Shown one piece after another: positions 50,117 through 60,166 of a DNA stretch of 64,000 nucleotides. The stretch's first letter is position 1. Every line of letters begins with the position of its first letter. The notes below the pieces were generated by a model. It was given only the letters and a program-made list of their open reading frames with translations, was not told where the DNA came from and ran no database searches. The position numbers were made by a program, and so were the translations under genes. This DNA is from an uncultured virus (IMG/VR IMGVR_UViG_3300024268_004105). Its lineage: Duplodnaviria; Heunggongvirae; Uroviricota; Caudoviricetes. The DNA lies in IMG/VR virus record IMGVR_UViG_3300024268_004105. One strand, given 5' to 3'.

Positions 50117-50725
50117 TTAATACGGATATTCATGTGTAGTATTAAACTTATGGTTAAACTCTTCGAGCCTTTTTCTATCGTAATCCTTAACGAGTTGTAA
50201 GAATTTCTTGGCATCTTTTTTATTCCGAAACATATACTCTGAAACTCTGCGATATTCAAAAATCTTTTCTACCTCGGATGCCAAATCGTCAAGATTTGCG
50301 TCAATATAATTTGTTTTGTATATTGGGATTTGTTCTTTAATGTAATCCCCTTTGCACCTGCCATACTTGTGAAAAGCCATCAAGACGATAGAAATTGCAA
50401 AATCTTTTTTAATAGAAGAAACTACTGCTTCGTTCTGAAGTGCAGCTTCATGTACTATATATTCATGAACTTCCCAATTTGTAACACTAATAGAATCCAT
50501 TGCAGACTGGAAATAATAGGTTTTTTTATTATCTACGCAAACCGGACAATCAACTTCATACTCTGTACCATTTACTCCTTTTGCCTTAATGGTTCTCTTG
50601 TTTTGACAACAAGGACAAGTTGCATTAAATCGAACTTCAGCATTAGTAAATGGACGCCCAACCTTATAGAATTTATCTCCAATCCAAAAAGGTAATTCTT
50701 TGTCTGTTTTTATTGTATATTCCAT
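50117..50725 (-). CDS. Zn-finger (CxxC...CxxC) hypothetical protein
   Basis: CPCC and CPVC motifs. Confidence 0.65.
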   Translation of the reverse strand: MEYTIKTDKELPFWIGDKFYKVGRPFTNAEVRFNATCPCCQNKRTIKAKGVNGTEYEVDCPVCVDNKKTYYFQSAMDSISVTNWEVHEYIVHEAALQNEAVVSSIKKDFAISIVLMAFHKYGRCKGDYIKEQIPIYKTNYIDANLDDLASEVEKIFEYRRVSEYMFRNKKDAKKFLQLVKDYDRKRLEEFNHKFNTTHEYPY

Positions 50726-50736
50726 ATTATTTCTCC

Positions 50737-51210
50737 TTATGTGTTTCCTTGTTGCGTTTTATTTCCATAAACATAGCAGTCTCGTGAAGTATAAAATGGT
50801 CCGAAGTAACATTTTAACCTTGCGACATAATCCACATCACTGTTTAAATCATAAGCTTTAGGCATTCTACTTATTTTTACTTCAATAGTTTTTTTCCTAT
50901 CGGAATAAGTAATTCCATCGTTATCATCTGGGTCTTCAAAATGTTTTAAAAAAATAGCTGCGTCGTGATATTGTTCAGTACGGGCAATTGTTTTGTAAGT
51001 TTCTTCTTTTTCGTTAATATTTGGTTTTCCGTGTTCGAAAACAACAAACCCTATTCCTATTATGGCAACCATTAAGATTGTCAATGTAATAGTGGTAATA
51101 TTCGAAAAACGAAATAGTTTAGGATTTGCGTCGCAAAATAGCCGAATACCAATTATGATCGCCAAGATAGCAATAAATAACGTTAATGCTGTGTCTAAAC
51201 TAAATTCCAT
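50737..51210 (-). CDS. Two-TM membrane protein, paralog of 48392..48811
   Basis: Shared C-terminal motif. Confidence 0.7.
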   Translation of the reverse strand: MEFSLDTALTLFIAILAIIIGIRLFCDANPKLFRFSNITTITLTILMVAIIGIGFVVFEHGKPNINEKEETYKTIARTEQYHDAAIFLKHFEDPDDNDGITYSDRKKTIEVKISRMPKAYDLNSDVDYVARLKCYFGPFYTSRDCYVYGNKTQQGNT

Positions 51211-51265
51211 ATGATTTTCCCCTTATATCTATAGTAAAGTGCTGTTTATTCGAACCACAAAACAT

Positions 51266-52762
51266 CTATGCATACTTAAATGCAGCTTGTCCATCATTTT
51301 CTGTATACATAATTGGATTAGGACATCTTTTTCCCTCCTGCAGATAGTAACAATTCTCCATTACAAGTTCTTCAGCCATAATAGGCACTACCGAGTTTCC
51401 GATTCTTTTGACCTGCTCTCCTGTCGGATACTTCTTCCAGTGGTAGTCTCTGTCGATGATGTAGTCCTTAGGAAACCCTTGCATCACCTTCAGTTCTTCT
51501 GGCTTTAGCATTCGGAGAAAGATGTCGGCTATGATGTACTGCTCTCCTTCGATGCTGATCAGGACATTCACCAGTCCGAAGCGATCCTTCGTGGTTATGG
51601 TTGCCAGAGGCTCGTTCAGCTGCTGTCCGCATCCTGTTCCGTAGTATTTGATCAGAAATGCGCTGATTAGCCCGAAGTGTCCGGGCGATGTGGTTATCGT
51701 GTGGAGCGGTTCATCGCATCCCTGGCCGATCCCGGTCTTGTAGAACTTCGTTATGAAGGCGGTGACTAGACCGTATCTATTGCTCGTGTCTATCGTTTTG
51801 AGCGGTTTGGTCATGTTCTGCCCTCGACTGTCTCCTTCTTTTTGCTCTCCGTGGTACTGGATGAGGAAGGCTGTCACGAGTCTGTTGTGGTCTACTGTTG
51901 TGATTGTGCTGCAGGGATTCCGCAGGTCACTTCCGCAGCCTTTGTAGTTTCCTCCGTATGCCTTGTCCAGGTATGCCATGAGGATCCTGTCTCCGTCCTT
52001 CACGATGTATGGTGTAGGATTCTCGATGATGTACTTTCGGATTCCATTTGCGATTCTTTTCTTCGTGGCTTCTGCGAGCGGTCTTTTTCTCGTGAATATC
52101 GAATTGCCTATGTCGCTCCAGTCGATGTAGTCTCCGCATTCGACCCACTTCTTCTTTCCATCAGTGCCGTTTTTGTTGTGCGTAGGCTCTGGCCATCGTA
52201 TTGCTCTGCCGTCTTTCCTGAAGATCGCATACCACCTTTTCCTTGTGGTCGGTGCTCCGTAGTCTGCGGCCACAAGTTCTCTGCTATCAAAGTCGTATCC
52301 GAGATTTTTCATCGCAGATATAAATTTGTCATAGTCTTCTCCCATCCGTTCCTTGATCGGTCTTCCTGCCTCATCGAGCGGACCCCACTGTTGTATTTCT
52401 TCCACATTCTCCATGATCACCACATCCGGCATGATCGTCTTCGTATGCTTGAATACTGCCCAGGGAAGAATGCGAAGACCTGAGTTTCTCGGTTGTCCGC
52501 CTTTAGCTTTGCTGTGACTTGTGCAATCTGGACTTGCCCACATAAGAGCAACCTTTTTACCTTGAACATATTTTTTTAGGTTAACTTTGAAAATATCCTC
52601 AGTTAAGTGAAGTGTATTGGGATGATTCATTTTATGCATTAGTATAGCCTGTGGATCGTGATTAATTGCGATATCCACTTGACGACCAAGCGCTAGCTCT
52701 ATACCAACTGAAGCTCCGCCACCTCCGGCGAAGCAATCAATGATTAAATTATCGTCTCTCAT
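51266..52762 (-). CDS. C5 cytosine DNA methyltransferase (phage-type, orphan)
   Basis: FAGGGG; SPDC (catalytic Cys); ENV; R.R; QGFP; IGNSV; four P..TI.T repeats. Confidence 0.92.
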   Translation of the reverse strand: MRDDNLIIDCFAGGGGASVGIELALGRQVDIAINHDPQAILMHKMNHPNTLHLTEDIFKVNLKKYVQGKKVALMWASPDCTSHSKAKGGQPRNSGLRILPWAVFKHTKTIMPDVVIMENVEEIQQWGPLDEAGRPIKERMGEDYDKFISAMKNLGYDFDSRELVAADYGAPTTRKRWYAIFRKDGRAIRWPEPTHNKNGTDGKKKWVECGDYIDWSDIGNSIFTRKRPLAEATKKRIANGIRKYIIENPTPYIVKDGDRILMAYLDKAYGGNYKGCGSDLRNPCSTITTVDHNRLVTAFLIQYHGEQKEGDSRGQNMTKPLKTIDTSNRYGLVTAFITKFYKTGIGQGCDEPLHTITTSPGHFGLISAFLIKYYGTGCGQQLNEPLATITTKDRFGLVNVLISIEGEQYIIADIFLRMLKPEELKVMQGFPKDYIIDRDYHWKKYPTGEQVKRIGNSVVPIMAEELVMENCYYLQEGKRCPNPIMYTENDGQAAFKYA

Positions 52763-52839
52763 ATGATTTTCTCCTTATATATCTGTAGTAAATTGGCACT
52801 GATTCAAGAGCTATGTTAGCATCCTCACACAGTGCGTCA

Positions 52840-53583
52840 TTAAAAATTCACCGCCTCTTCTTTCGTAATAAAAAAGTGTATTCCTGTACTACACTCATCC
52901 CATCTATCTTCACAAAAATCATCAACTTCAACAACATCTCCAACTCTATAAATAAAAGATTTATCATACGCAGAACAAGTTTGTGTTAATTGTTTTCCAT
53001 CAAACCCTTCTATTTGGATAACTTCTGCTTTATTACATCTACATTTTCTCGTAGTTGCCGAACTTCGCTTCGCATCCTCTGTTATTTTTAATGTTACAAT
53101 TCCGTCGTGTGCTTTTTTAAATCCTATAAATGAACCGATTTCAGGGCAACTTAATGGATATATTAAATTTTTAGCCCCACGCAAGTCAGCACCATACAAG
53201 TTAGCACCACGCAAGTCAGCACCATACAAGTCAGCACCATACAAGTAAGCATCATTCAAGTTAGCATCACGCAAGTCAGCACCACGCAAGTTAGCCCAAC
53301 GCAAGTCAGCACCATACAAGTCAGCACCATACAAGTCAGCATCATGCAAGTTAGCCCCACACAAGTTAGCCCAACGCAAGTCAGCATCATGCAAGTTAGC
53401 CCAACGCAAGTTAGCATCACGCAAGATAGCCCAACGCAAGTCAGAACCACGCAAGTTAACATCAAGCAAGTTAGCCCCACGCAGGTCAGCACCATGCAAG
53501 TCAGCTTTCATATTTTCCCAGCCTTTGCAATCCTCTTCTATCCAATGTTTATGTTTTTTTTAAATATCTTTTAAATTCATCAT
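52840..53583 (-). pseudogene. Pentapeptide-repeat protein with in-frame stop at codon 8 (possible restart at 53511)
   Basis: AGGAGG then ATG 53583: MMNLKDI*KKHKHWIEEDCKGWEN, in frame with the A(D/N)LxG repeats; C-terminal KCRC..A...CSTGIHFF. Confidence 0.75.
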
Positions 53584-53676
53584 TATTATCCTCCTATATA
53601 TTCATCCTTCAGGAATCGTTCTTGTACCTTTTGATTCATAACTGCTTACCTCACCTTCTACGCCTATTTCTAAGAT

Positions 53677-54072
53677 TTATACTTTTAATGCTAAAATCAG
53701 AGCTTCTTCTCCTGTATCATTTTTTCCTCGCTTCTTGAGACATTTTTCTAATGTCTCATCATAGTCATATCTAAGCTTCTCAGATATTTCATCTGCTATA
53801 GTCAAAAATTTCTTCCGATAATATACTTGCCATTGAATATCATCCTGCTTTATATTATCTAATCCCCTAACATAATCTCTGAGCATTGAAACAATGAGAA
53901 TCAAATCTCCGTACGAAAGTTTTACATCAATTTCATTCATGCTTTCTTTGGGATTGACAGCTCCTACAACATTTACTTCTCTATCATTGTTTTTTTGCTC
54001 CGCAAGATAATCAAAAAGACTTATCTGTACTGGTTTTGCACTCAAATTTTCTTCTTTATTCCTTTTTCTCAT
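53677..54072 (-). CDS. Hypothetical protein with QISLF clamp-binding-like motif
   Basis: QISLFD near the N-terminus. Confidence 0.5.
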   Translation of the reverse strand: MRKRNKEENLSAKPVQISLFDYLAEQKNNDREVNVVGAVNPKESMNEIDVKLSYGDLILIVSMLRDYVRGLDNIKQDDIQWQVYYRKKFLTIADEISEKLRYDYDETLEKCLKKRGKNDTGEEALILALKV

Positions 54073-54076
54073 ATTA

Positions 54077-54568
54077 TTATTTTCTCCGACCCAATTTTTC
54101 ATATTCCTCAATTGATATAGGTCGTATTTGGCTATTTAATAAATCTCCAAATTCCATAAGAAGTTCCCCAGTCGATTCTTTATTAAAATATATAGTTATA
54201 GAGGGTGCTTTATTAAAATCATAATCACGCACCTCAATAGAGTAGCCCAGGTCAATAAGTTCCTCGATAAGCCAAGAAGGAACCTTACCTTTATCGCCCG
54301 ATACAAATGCAAAAATTTGTCCACTTTCTATAGCGTTTTTTATTTCTTTCCAGACATTGTTGCACAAGCGAGGCTCTGTTAATTGATATGCCTCTTTGCA
54401 TGACATCTTTTTATTTATATTGTTATTATTAGTCTCATTTTTAGTGTTAGATTTATTTGTAACTATTTCCTTTAAAAATTTAAAAAATTTAAATACAGCT
54501 ATACAAGATAATATTGCGACCAATATAATAAAAATAATATCTTCTATAGGAATTGTAATTGTTTTCAT
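54077..54568 (-). CDS. Hypothetical protein, paralog of 56972..57343, with added TM
   Basis: Shared AYQLTEP..C.NVW...GKVP..LI.ELI.LGYSIEV...IYFNKE..GELL. Confidence 0.7.
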   Translation of the reverse strand: MKTITIPIEDIIFIILVAILSCIAVFKFFKFLKEIVTNKSNTKNETNNNNINKKMSCKEAYQLTEPRLCNNVWKEIKNAIESGQIFAFVSGDKGKVPSWLIEELIDLGYSIEVRDYDFNKAPSITIYFNKESTGELLMEFGDLLNSQIRPISIEEYEKLGRRK

Positions 54569-54879
54569 TTTTTCAATACCTCCATTATTTTAAGTACGTA
54601 GTATTCCTTATTTGGTTCTGCTCCCCATTCTTCCCTGCCGGTTTTTATATCAAGAGAACATAGTGCTTCAAATGATGGCGAACTTTTGGAATATCCATTA
54701 CGAAATAATACCTTGCTTTGCCATTGTGTAGGCAGTCCATATTGATCGAGGAAACCTTCGTGATACAATCTACTCCGATAATATGGCTTTATTTCTCTAT
54801 ACTCTTCCTTTTTCTTGCCTGAAAGAATCATATTGTACCACTTCTTTTTTATTGGTAAAATTAGCATTTTATTTACCAT
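54565..54879 (-). CDS. ASCH/PUA-like domain protein
   Basis: L.LPIKKKWY.MI.SG.KKEEYRE.KPYY..R. Confidence 0.75.
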   Translation of the reverse strand: MVNKMLILPIKKKWYNMILSGKKKEEYREIKPYYRSRLYHEGFLDQYGLPTQWQSKVLFRNGYSKSSPSFEALCSLDIKTGREEWGAEPNKEYYVLKIMEVLKK

Positions 54880-55001
54880 CCTCTTGTCTCGATTTTTATA
54901 ATTAAATGCACGCAATGCTTCTCATCTTGTTTTATTTGCTTCGCTCATATTTATTCTCCATTCTTATATTTGCCAAATTGCTTGCAATTAGTCTTCTTTG
55001 A

Positions 55002-55301
55002 TTATCGTAAGTTTTCTTTAACTTCGATAAAACAGTTAATATATTTATAATTCTTGCCATCGCAAATAAAATCAATGTAACCACCACGACTATCAGTAGT
55101 AACGTTTGTAGCACCTTTGTATTCAGCTATCTTTTTTCCATTTGCGGTATATATGGTAATGTCTTTATTTGTTTGTGTTTTAGGTGGTATATCAAAGCCA
55201 GTTACTAATACAAAAATTGCTGCTATACAAAGTATCACAAATATAGTAATAGCTATAGCACTTTTGATTTTTACAGTTTTCCTAAACTCTTTTTCGTCCA
55301 T
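55002..55301 (-). CDS. Single-TM phage-like hypothetical protein
   Basis: Start MDEKEF behind GGAG; TM, then IYTANGK.IA.Y.G. Confidence 0.6.
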   Translation of the reverse strand: MDEKEFRKTVKIKSAIAITIFVILCIAAIFVLVTGFDIPPKTQTNKDITIYTANGKKIAEYKGATNVTTDSRGGYIDFICDGKNYKYINCFIEVKENLR

Positions 55302-55400
55302 AAAAATCTCCTTATTGATTATCAATTTTGGCTCTTCAGTCATCCAAATTCTTGATGTATTCTTCAAGTCTGTTCATTTTTTCAGCATCTTCATCTATAT

Positions 55401-55571
55401 TTACCTTTTATCCATTTTATTCAGCTGTCTCCAGCTCTTAGGCTTAGGACATTCTTCCAGTGGATGCCCTTCACCATCATTCTTATATCCAAGACTACAG
55501 CCGTGAGCTTTGCCACATCTTGGATGAGAATCAGTCTCTGCAGCAAAACATCCTTTACAAGTTCGGTTCAT
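55401..55571 (-). CDS. Small Cys/His-rich protein (56 aa)
   Basis: Manual translation MNRTCKGCFAAETDSHPRCGKAHGCSLGYKNDGEGHPLEECPKPKSWRQLNKMDKR; AAAGGAG RBS. Confidence 0.65.
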   Translation of the reverse strand: MNRTCKGCFAAETDSHPRCGKAHGCSLGYKNDGEGHPLEECPKPKSWRQLNKMDKR

Positions 55572-55628
55572 TATAATCTCCTTTCAGAACTATTCTTAAG
55601 TACCTTACTTATATAAATATTTTTTATT

Positions 55629-56051
55629 TTAAAAACTAAATGCATCATTAGGCTTATAGCCTCTATTTAATCGTCCACGTACAATACTCTCTTTATCATC
55701 TAATTCTAAAGCACGAATTGCATCTGAAATAGATTGATATAGTATTCCATATACAATGATGGGTTTCCCTTGTCGAGTTGTTTTTTTTGGTGTATTTAAT
55801 GCTTCAGAAAGCGTATAGCCATATTTCAAACGATTATTTACAAGATCAGGATCTTGTCCCTGTTCACGTATGATAGATACAAGTGGTTTTTCCTCAATGT
55901 AGCGACATCGATGATCAGTCAATAAGCATGCCTCATCAACTGACATACCACGACGAAGTCGTGCTCGTATTGTTGTTTCTTTTACTCCGCAATACTTTGA
56001 AAGTGCTTTTGTAGAGCTAAATTCCTTTCCGTCATATAAATATCTACCCAA
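55629..56051 (-). CDS. Repeated small HTH-like DNA-binding protein
   Basis: Three RL.(R/Y)G...(E/D)A repeats. Confidence 0.55.
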   Translation of the reverse strand: MGRYLYDGKEFSSTKALSKYCGVKETTIRARLRRGMSVDEACLLTDHRCRYIEEKPLVSIIREQGQDPDLVNNRLKYGYTLSEALNTPKKTTRQGKPIIVYGILYQSISDAIRALELDDKESIVRGRLNRGYKPNDAFSF

Positions 56052-56101
56052 AGTACTATTTCTCCTTTCATAAGAAGTGCCTCACCACATGCGTTCAATC
56101 T

Positions 56102-56479
56102 TCAGTCATCCAAATTCTTGATGTATTCTTCAAGACTTCGTGCTTCTGTACATTCAGGAATAACTTTGAGAAGATAAAACAATTTATTCATCAAATCCTT
56201 CTTTATCTCTTGTATTTTCTTTCTGTTTAATGCCTTTTCACATTCAAGTTCAGATTTTAAGTCTAAAAGCCTTTCATTCACCCTGTCTTTTTCGATGTAT
56301 GCTTCAAGTTCTTCAATGGTTTTTTCAAGTCTGTTCATTTTGTTGTAATAACGATCATATCCTGTGTCATTGTAAGAACCCTTTGCATCCTGGTATTCTT
56401 CTTTTGCCTTATTCAAAGCATTTTCAATTGTCTTTGCCTTGTACGCTTCGACCTTTTCTATCACTTCTTTTCCTGTCAT
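56102..56479 (-). CDS. Coiled-coil hypothetical protein
   Basis: ORF with GAGG RBS. Confidence 0.6.
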   Translation of the reverse strand: MTGKEVIEKVEAYKAKTIENALNKAKEEYQDAKGSYNDTGYDRYYNKMNRLEKTIEELEAYIEKDRVNERLLDLKSELECEKALNRKKIQEIKKDLMNKLFYLLKVIPECTEARSLEEYIKNLDD

Positions 56480-56489
56480 TTGCTATTCC

Positions 56490-56969
56490 TCACCTTCCTC
56501 TATGTCTGCGGATTTGTGGAGCTTCTGCCTGTGTCTCTTCGAGCCATGCGTTCAACATATCAGGAGCATACACACTTAATGCGTTTACCTGTGCTTCCAT
56601 CATCCATCCCTCTGAAAGAACAAATTTATCATGCCATTCTTCGGGAATGTCTTTTAATTGTCCTTTCCAGAATGGATTTATCAATGGGTCACAATCGTCC
56701 ATGCTATCTTTTGCATCAAGACGGACTTCGAGTTCTGGGTTCTTCTCCATGTAATCCTTGACACGGAAAAACTTATCTCCAGATGATACAATTCTCTCTT
56801 CTATAACTCCCTCATCAGTATCTATATTCAGACTATAAAAGGAGTTAAGGTCTAATGTGCTTGCATAATCATTACATTCTTTTTTGCTTCCTTGAAATAA
56901 GATTTTTCCGCTATCTTCTGTTTTTAGTGTTCCGAAAACAACCATTGTAAAACCCTCCTTTTCTTTCAT
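56490..56969 (-). CDS. Hypothetical protein
   Basis: ORF ending in the basic tail RRHRGR. Confidence 0.55.
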   Translation of the reverse strand: MKEKEGFTMVVFGTLKTEDSGKILFQGSKKECNDYASTLDLNSFYSLNIDTDEGVIEERIVSSGDKFFRVKDYMEKNPELEVRLDAKDSMDDCDPLINPFWKGQLKDIPEEWHDKFVLSEGWMMEAQVNALSVYAPDMLNAWLEETQAEAPQIRRHRGR

Positions 56970-56971
56970 TT

Positions 56972-57343
56972 TTATTTTCTTTTACCAAGATTCTCGTAAT
57001 CTTCATATGACAAGGGTACTTTTTTTGACTCAAAAGAATCTCCCTTTTTTATTAAAAGTTCCCCTTTAGCTTCCTTGTTGAAGTATATTGATAAAGTAGG
57101 GGCTATATCAAAACAGAATTCACTTACTTCGATAGAGTACCCTAATTCAATAAGTTCTTTAATAAGATGAAGCGGTACCTTTCCTTCACTTCCATTAATG
57201 TGAGCGCAAATTCTTCCACATGATATAGAATCGTTAATTTTATTCCAAACATTGTCGCATATATGAGGCTCTGTTAATTGGTACGCTTTCTTGGCTGATA
57301 TTCTTTTTATTTTTTTAAAGAAATTTTTATTTTTCATAAACAT
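56972..57343 (-). CDS. Hypothetical protein, paralog of 54077..54568
   Basis: Shared motifs. Confidence 0.7.
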   Translation of the reverse strand: MFMKNKNFFKKIKRISAKKAYQLTEPHICDNVWNKINDSISCGRICAHINGSEGKVPLHLIKELIELGYSIEVSEFCFDIAPTLSIYFNKEAKGELLIKKGDSFESKKVPLSYEDYENLGKRK

Positions 57344-57843
57344 TCTCCTTTCATATACAGATTACGATGTTTACCATATGAAAGTGTTATATTTTCAAGC
57401 ACACACTTAAATCCGGCATTTTCTATGCTTTTGCAAGAAGAAATATTATCTTTATGTGCAGTAACCCACGCAAAATCGTAACAAGGTATAGCGATGCATA
57501 AATTTTTTTTTATCATTTCACTCGCCAGTCCGTATCCTCGGTATTCAGGTAGCACGGCACCGTTCATAACTTCCAGTCCGATTTTATGGCAAAAGTCGTA
57601 TTTTCCGTCTAAAAGTCTTTGAGGTACAGTGTCGTTAAAACACGAAAGAGAGAAACCTATAAGTTTTCTCTCATTAAATGCACCTACGCTCCAGCCTTGA
57701 GAAAGCACCTTATAATAGAACTCTTTGTCTGAGGGCTGATAGAAGTCCTTTTTGTAACACTTTTGCATAATGTCCCATATATCACACATATAGGAATTGT
57801 CTATTTTTTTTATTTCTAGGTTCATCTTGGAACTCCTTTTCAT
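57334..57843 (-). CDS. GNAT family acetyltransferase
   Basis: V.PEYRGYGLA motif A; N..S...E.AGF motif B. Confidence 0.85.
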   Translation of the reverse strand: MKRSSKMNLEIKKIDNSYMCDIWDIMQKCYKKDFYQPSDKEFYYKVLSQGWSVGAFNERKLIGFSLSCFNDTVPQRLLDGKYDFCHKIGLEVMNGAVLPEYRGYGLASEMIKKNLCIAIPCYDFAWVTAHKDNISSCKSIENAGFKCVLENITLSYGKHRNLYMKGECL

Positions 57844-57889
57844 ACTTACACATCTTGCTCTTCTCTTATTTGCTCATTATTCATATATA

Positions 57890-58417
57890 TTATTCCTCAT
57901 CCTTATTATTAGATTTTTCTTTTATTACATCTTTTAACTTAGATTCTGCTAATTCAATCTCTTTATTTAGATCAGATAGCTTCTTTTTTTCAACAAGAAG
58001 TTCTTCTTTTGTAATTCCTTTAGAATATTCAACATGTTCGACAAGATCAGCCATGGACTGAATAACATTAAAAACAGCTGCTATCTCTTCATCCTCTAAA
58101 TTACGTGTCAATTTATTAAATTGTGCAGAATGATCACGAGGTTTGGGATTGCCAAAAGGGAAAATATCATCAGGGTATATATTTAACGCATAAACTAATT
58201 TACAAAGATTGGAAAAAGTTATATTGCTTTGACCTGATTCGACTTTTTGAACCAAAGCAAGGCTTAAATTAGATGCTAACGCAACCTCATTAATGTTAAG
58301 CTTCATTTTAAGCCTTGCATTTCGAACCACTCGTCCCAAATTCCACAACAAGTTTTTTATTTCAGCCTCATCATATAAAATATCTTTTTCATTATTATTA
58401 TTTGAAATCACTTCCAT
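57890..58417 (-). CDS. XRE-family HTH regulator with C-terminal coiled coil
   Basis: VRNAR...INEVALASNLS...QKVESG.SNIT...L.KL..AL. Confidence 0.75.
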   Translation of the reverse strand: MEVISNNNNEKDILYDEAEIKNLLWNLGRVVRNARLKMKLNINEVALASNLSLALVQKVESGQSNITFSNLCKLVYALNIYPDDIFPFGNPKPRDHSAQFNKLTRNLEDEEIAAVFNVIQSMADLVEHVEYSKGITKEELLVEKKKLSDLNKEIELAESKLKDVIKEKSNNKDEE

Positions 58418-58426
58418 AAAATCCCC

Positions 58427-59332
58427 CTACGTTAGTGTAATTTCTTTATTTTTATACATCTGAAGAAGCTTTAGAATAACTACTTCCATATCATCCTTTG
58501 GTGTTCCTGGCGTAAAATACTCATATAGGCTTTCTTCTTTAAGTGCAACATTATTTTTCTTGATTTTTTCTTCCCTTTTGAATACATGACGCAGCATACC
58601 CGGCGTTATTTTTTCATCACTAGCATTACTTTTATAGTTTCTAAGATAATTTACCTCTTCTTCTTTTGGATAAAACTTATTTTCAATAAAAAATCTAAAC
58701 ATTATATCTTGTTCATCTTCATCAAAATACGAAAGACCTACTCCTGCAAGAAGAGGAATTTTGCCTTCGTCGACCAATGAAAGCATTTCGTCCGTTAAAT
58801 ATGAAAGTCTTATATATCTTCTTATTGTTCTTTCAGAATCAGATGAATTAATTGATTCATTTATCGAATCTTCTTTCAAATCATTTCTAACTCCTTGGCG
58901 CCGACCTATAGCATCTTGTTTAATCCTATAGGCTTTTGCTTTTTCAGATATAGACAAATGTTCTCTTTTATTATTGGAATCGACCATTAAAATAGCTGCT
59001 AAGTCCATATCAATATCAAGTACATTTACAGGTGCAAAGTCTTTTTCAGCTATTTGCGACGCTCTCTTTCTTCGATGACCCGAAATAATAAAGTATGTAG
59101 ATGGTTCATCAGCGTCTTCAATTGCTAGAATTGGCTCTTGCATTCCATACTCTTTAATAGATTCACTTAATTCCTCCATTGATTCATCATCAATAATTCT
59201 ATACGGATGATTCGGGAATTCTTTAAGTTTATCCAACTCAATCATTTCGAATCCCTTATTATTCTTCATAGAATCTTTCGATGATTTGAATAGATTGTCT
59301 AATGAAGATGTAACATTTGTAGTCTTTGCCAT
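58427..59332 (-). CDS. parB: ParB family partition protein (CTPase)
   Basis: L.ESIKEYG..EP; ISGHRR.RA arginine patch; SERTIRRYIRL HTH. Confidence 0.88.
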   Translation of the reverse strand: MAKTTNVTSSLDNLFKSSKDSMKNNKGFEMIELDKLKEFPNHPYRIIDDESMEELSESIKEYGMQEPILAIEDADEPSTYFIISGHRRKRASQIAEKDFAPVNVLDIDMDLAAILMVDSNNKREHLSISEKAKAYRIKQDAIGRRQGVRNDLKEDSINESINSSDSERTIRRYIRLSYLTDEMLSLVDEGKIPLLAGVGLSYFDEDEQDIMFRFFIENKFYPKEEEVNYLRNYKSNASDEKITPGMLRHVFKREEKIKKNNVALKEESLYEYFTPGTPKDDMEVVILKLLQMYKNKEITLT

Positions 59333-59334
59333 TA

Positions 59335-60111
59335 TTACTGTTCCCCTTTCGCTTTATTAATTATTTCTTGAACCAGCTGACTATAATCAGCTGCAGTTGT
59401 AGATTTAGGATCATATTCAAAACAAGACATACAATTAGATTGTGCCTTTCTACATGATTCTGATTCTCTTATCTTTGAATCAAATAATTGTGTATTAAAA
59501 TCATTAAGTACGTTTGGTAATTTTTCAGAGAATTCTCTGCAAAGAATCGTATTATTACGAAATTTAATGAATAAAACTCCAAGTACCTTAAGCTTAGGAT
59601 TGGTATATTGTTGAGTTGAATGAATTGTATTATATAATTCATTTATCCCCATCATTCCATATCTATCACAAGTTACTGGAATAATAACGAAATCAGCGTA
59701 TGTTAGAATATTTCCCAACATGCAGCCAAGATTGGGTGGTGTATCAATAATAATATAGTCATAATGCTCTCTTAATTTTTCAGCATTATTTTTAAGTAAA
59801 AATAGGCGTCCTGCATCATTTGGAAAGCGATGTTCTGAATCATTCAACAAAGGATCTGACGCAATCATATCTGTTATAGACGTTTTTTGAATACATTCTA
59901 ATGCATCTTCTTTTCCAAAAAGCAAATCATATAGTGTTGGCTGATTTTCTATTATTGCTTGGCATGTATCTGTAGAGTTACATTGCCCATCCGAATCAAT
60001 TAATAATGTTTTATATCCTTGTCTTGTAAGTTCTGCAGAAAGATTAACGGATGTTGTTGTTTTTCCTACTCCACCTTTCTGATTAGCTATCGCTATTACT
60101 TTTGCTTTCAT
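59335..60111 (-). CDS. parA: ParA/Soj ATPase
   Basis: NQKGGVGKTTT; LIDSD.Q; DYIIIDTPP. Confidence 0.92.
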   Translation of the reverse strand: MKAKVIAIANQKGGVGKTTTSVNLSAELTRQGYKTLLIDSDGQCNSTDTCQAIIENQPTLYDLLFGKEDALECIQKTSITDMIASDPLLNDSEHRFPNDAGRLFLLKNNAEKLREHYDYIIIDTPPNLGCMLGNILTYADFVIIPVTCDRYGMMGINELYNTIHSTQQYTNPKLKVLGVLFIKFRNNTILCREFSEKLPNVLNDFNTQLFDSKIRESESCRKAQSNCMSCFEYDPKSTTAADYSQLVQEIINKAKGEQ

Positions 60112-60166
60112 ATTAGTATTCCCCTTTCACTTTGTTATTGCACCAATATTTTCTCTTGCACTTTTA

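Noticed and set aside
51753..52483. Long alternative-frame ORFs (e.g. 51842..52483 +)
   Set aside because: By-product of the GC-rich patch within the methyltransferase; no RBS or recognisable motifs
53170..53510. 15-bp tandem DNA repeats as an array or DGR variable region
   Set aside because: Explained by pentapeptide-repeat coding; no reverse transcriptase anywhere in the window; the overlapping ORFs 53256..53495 and 53344..53574 are frame shadows
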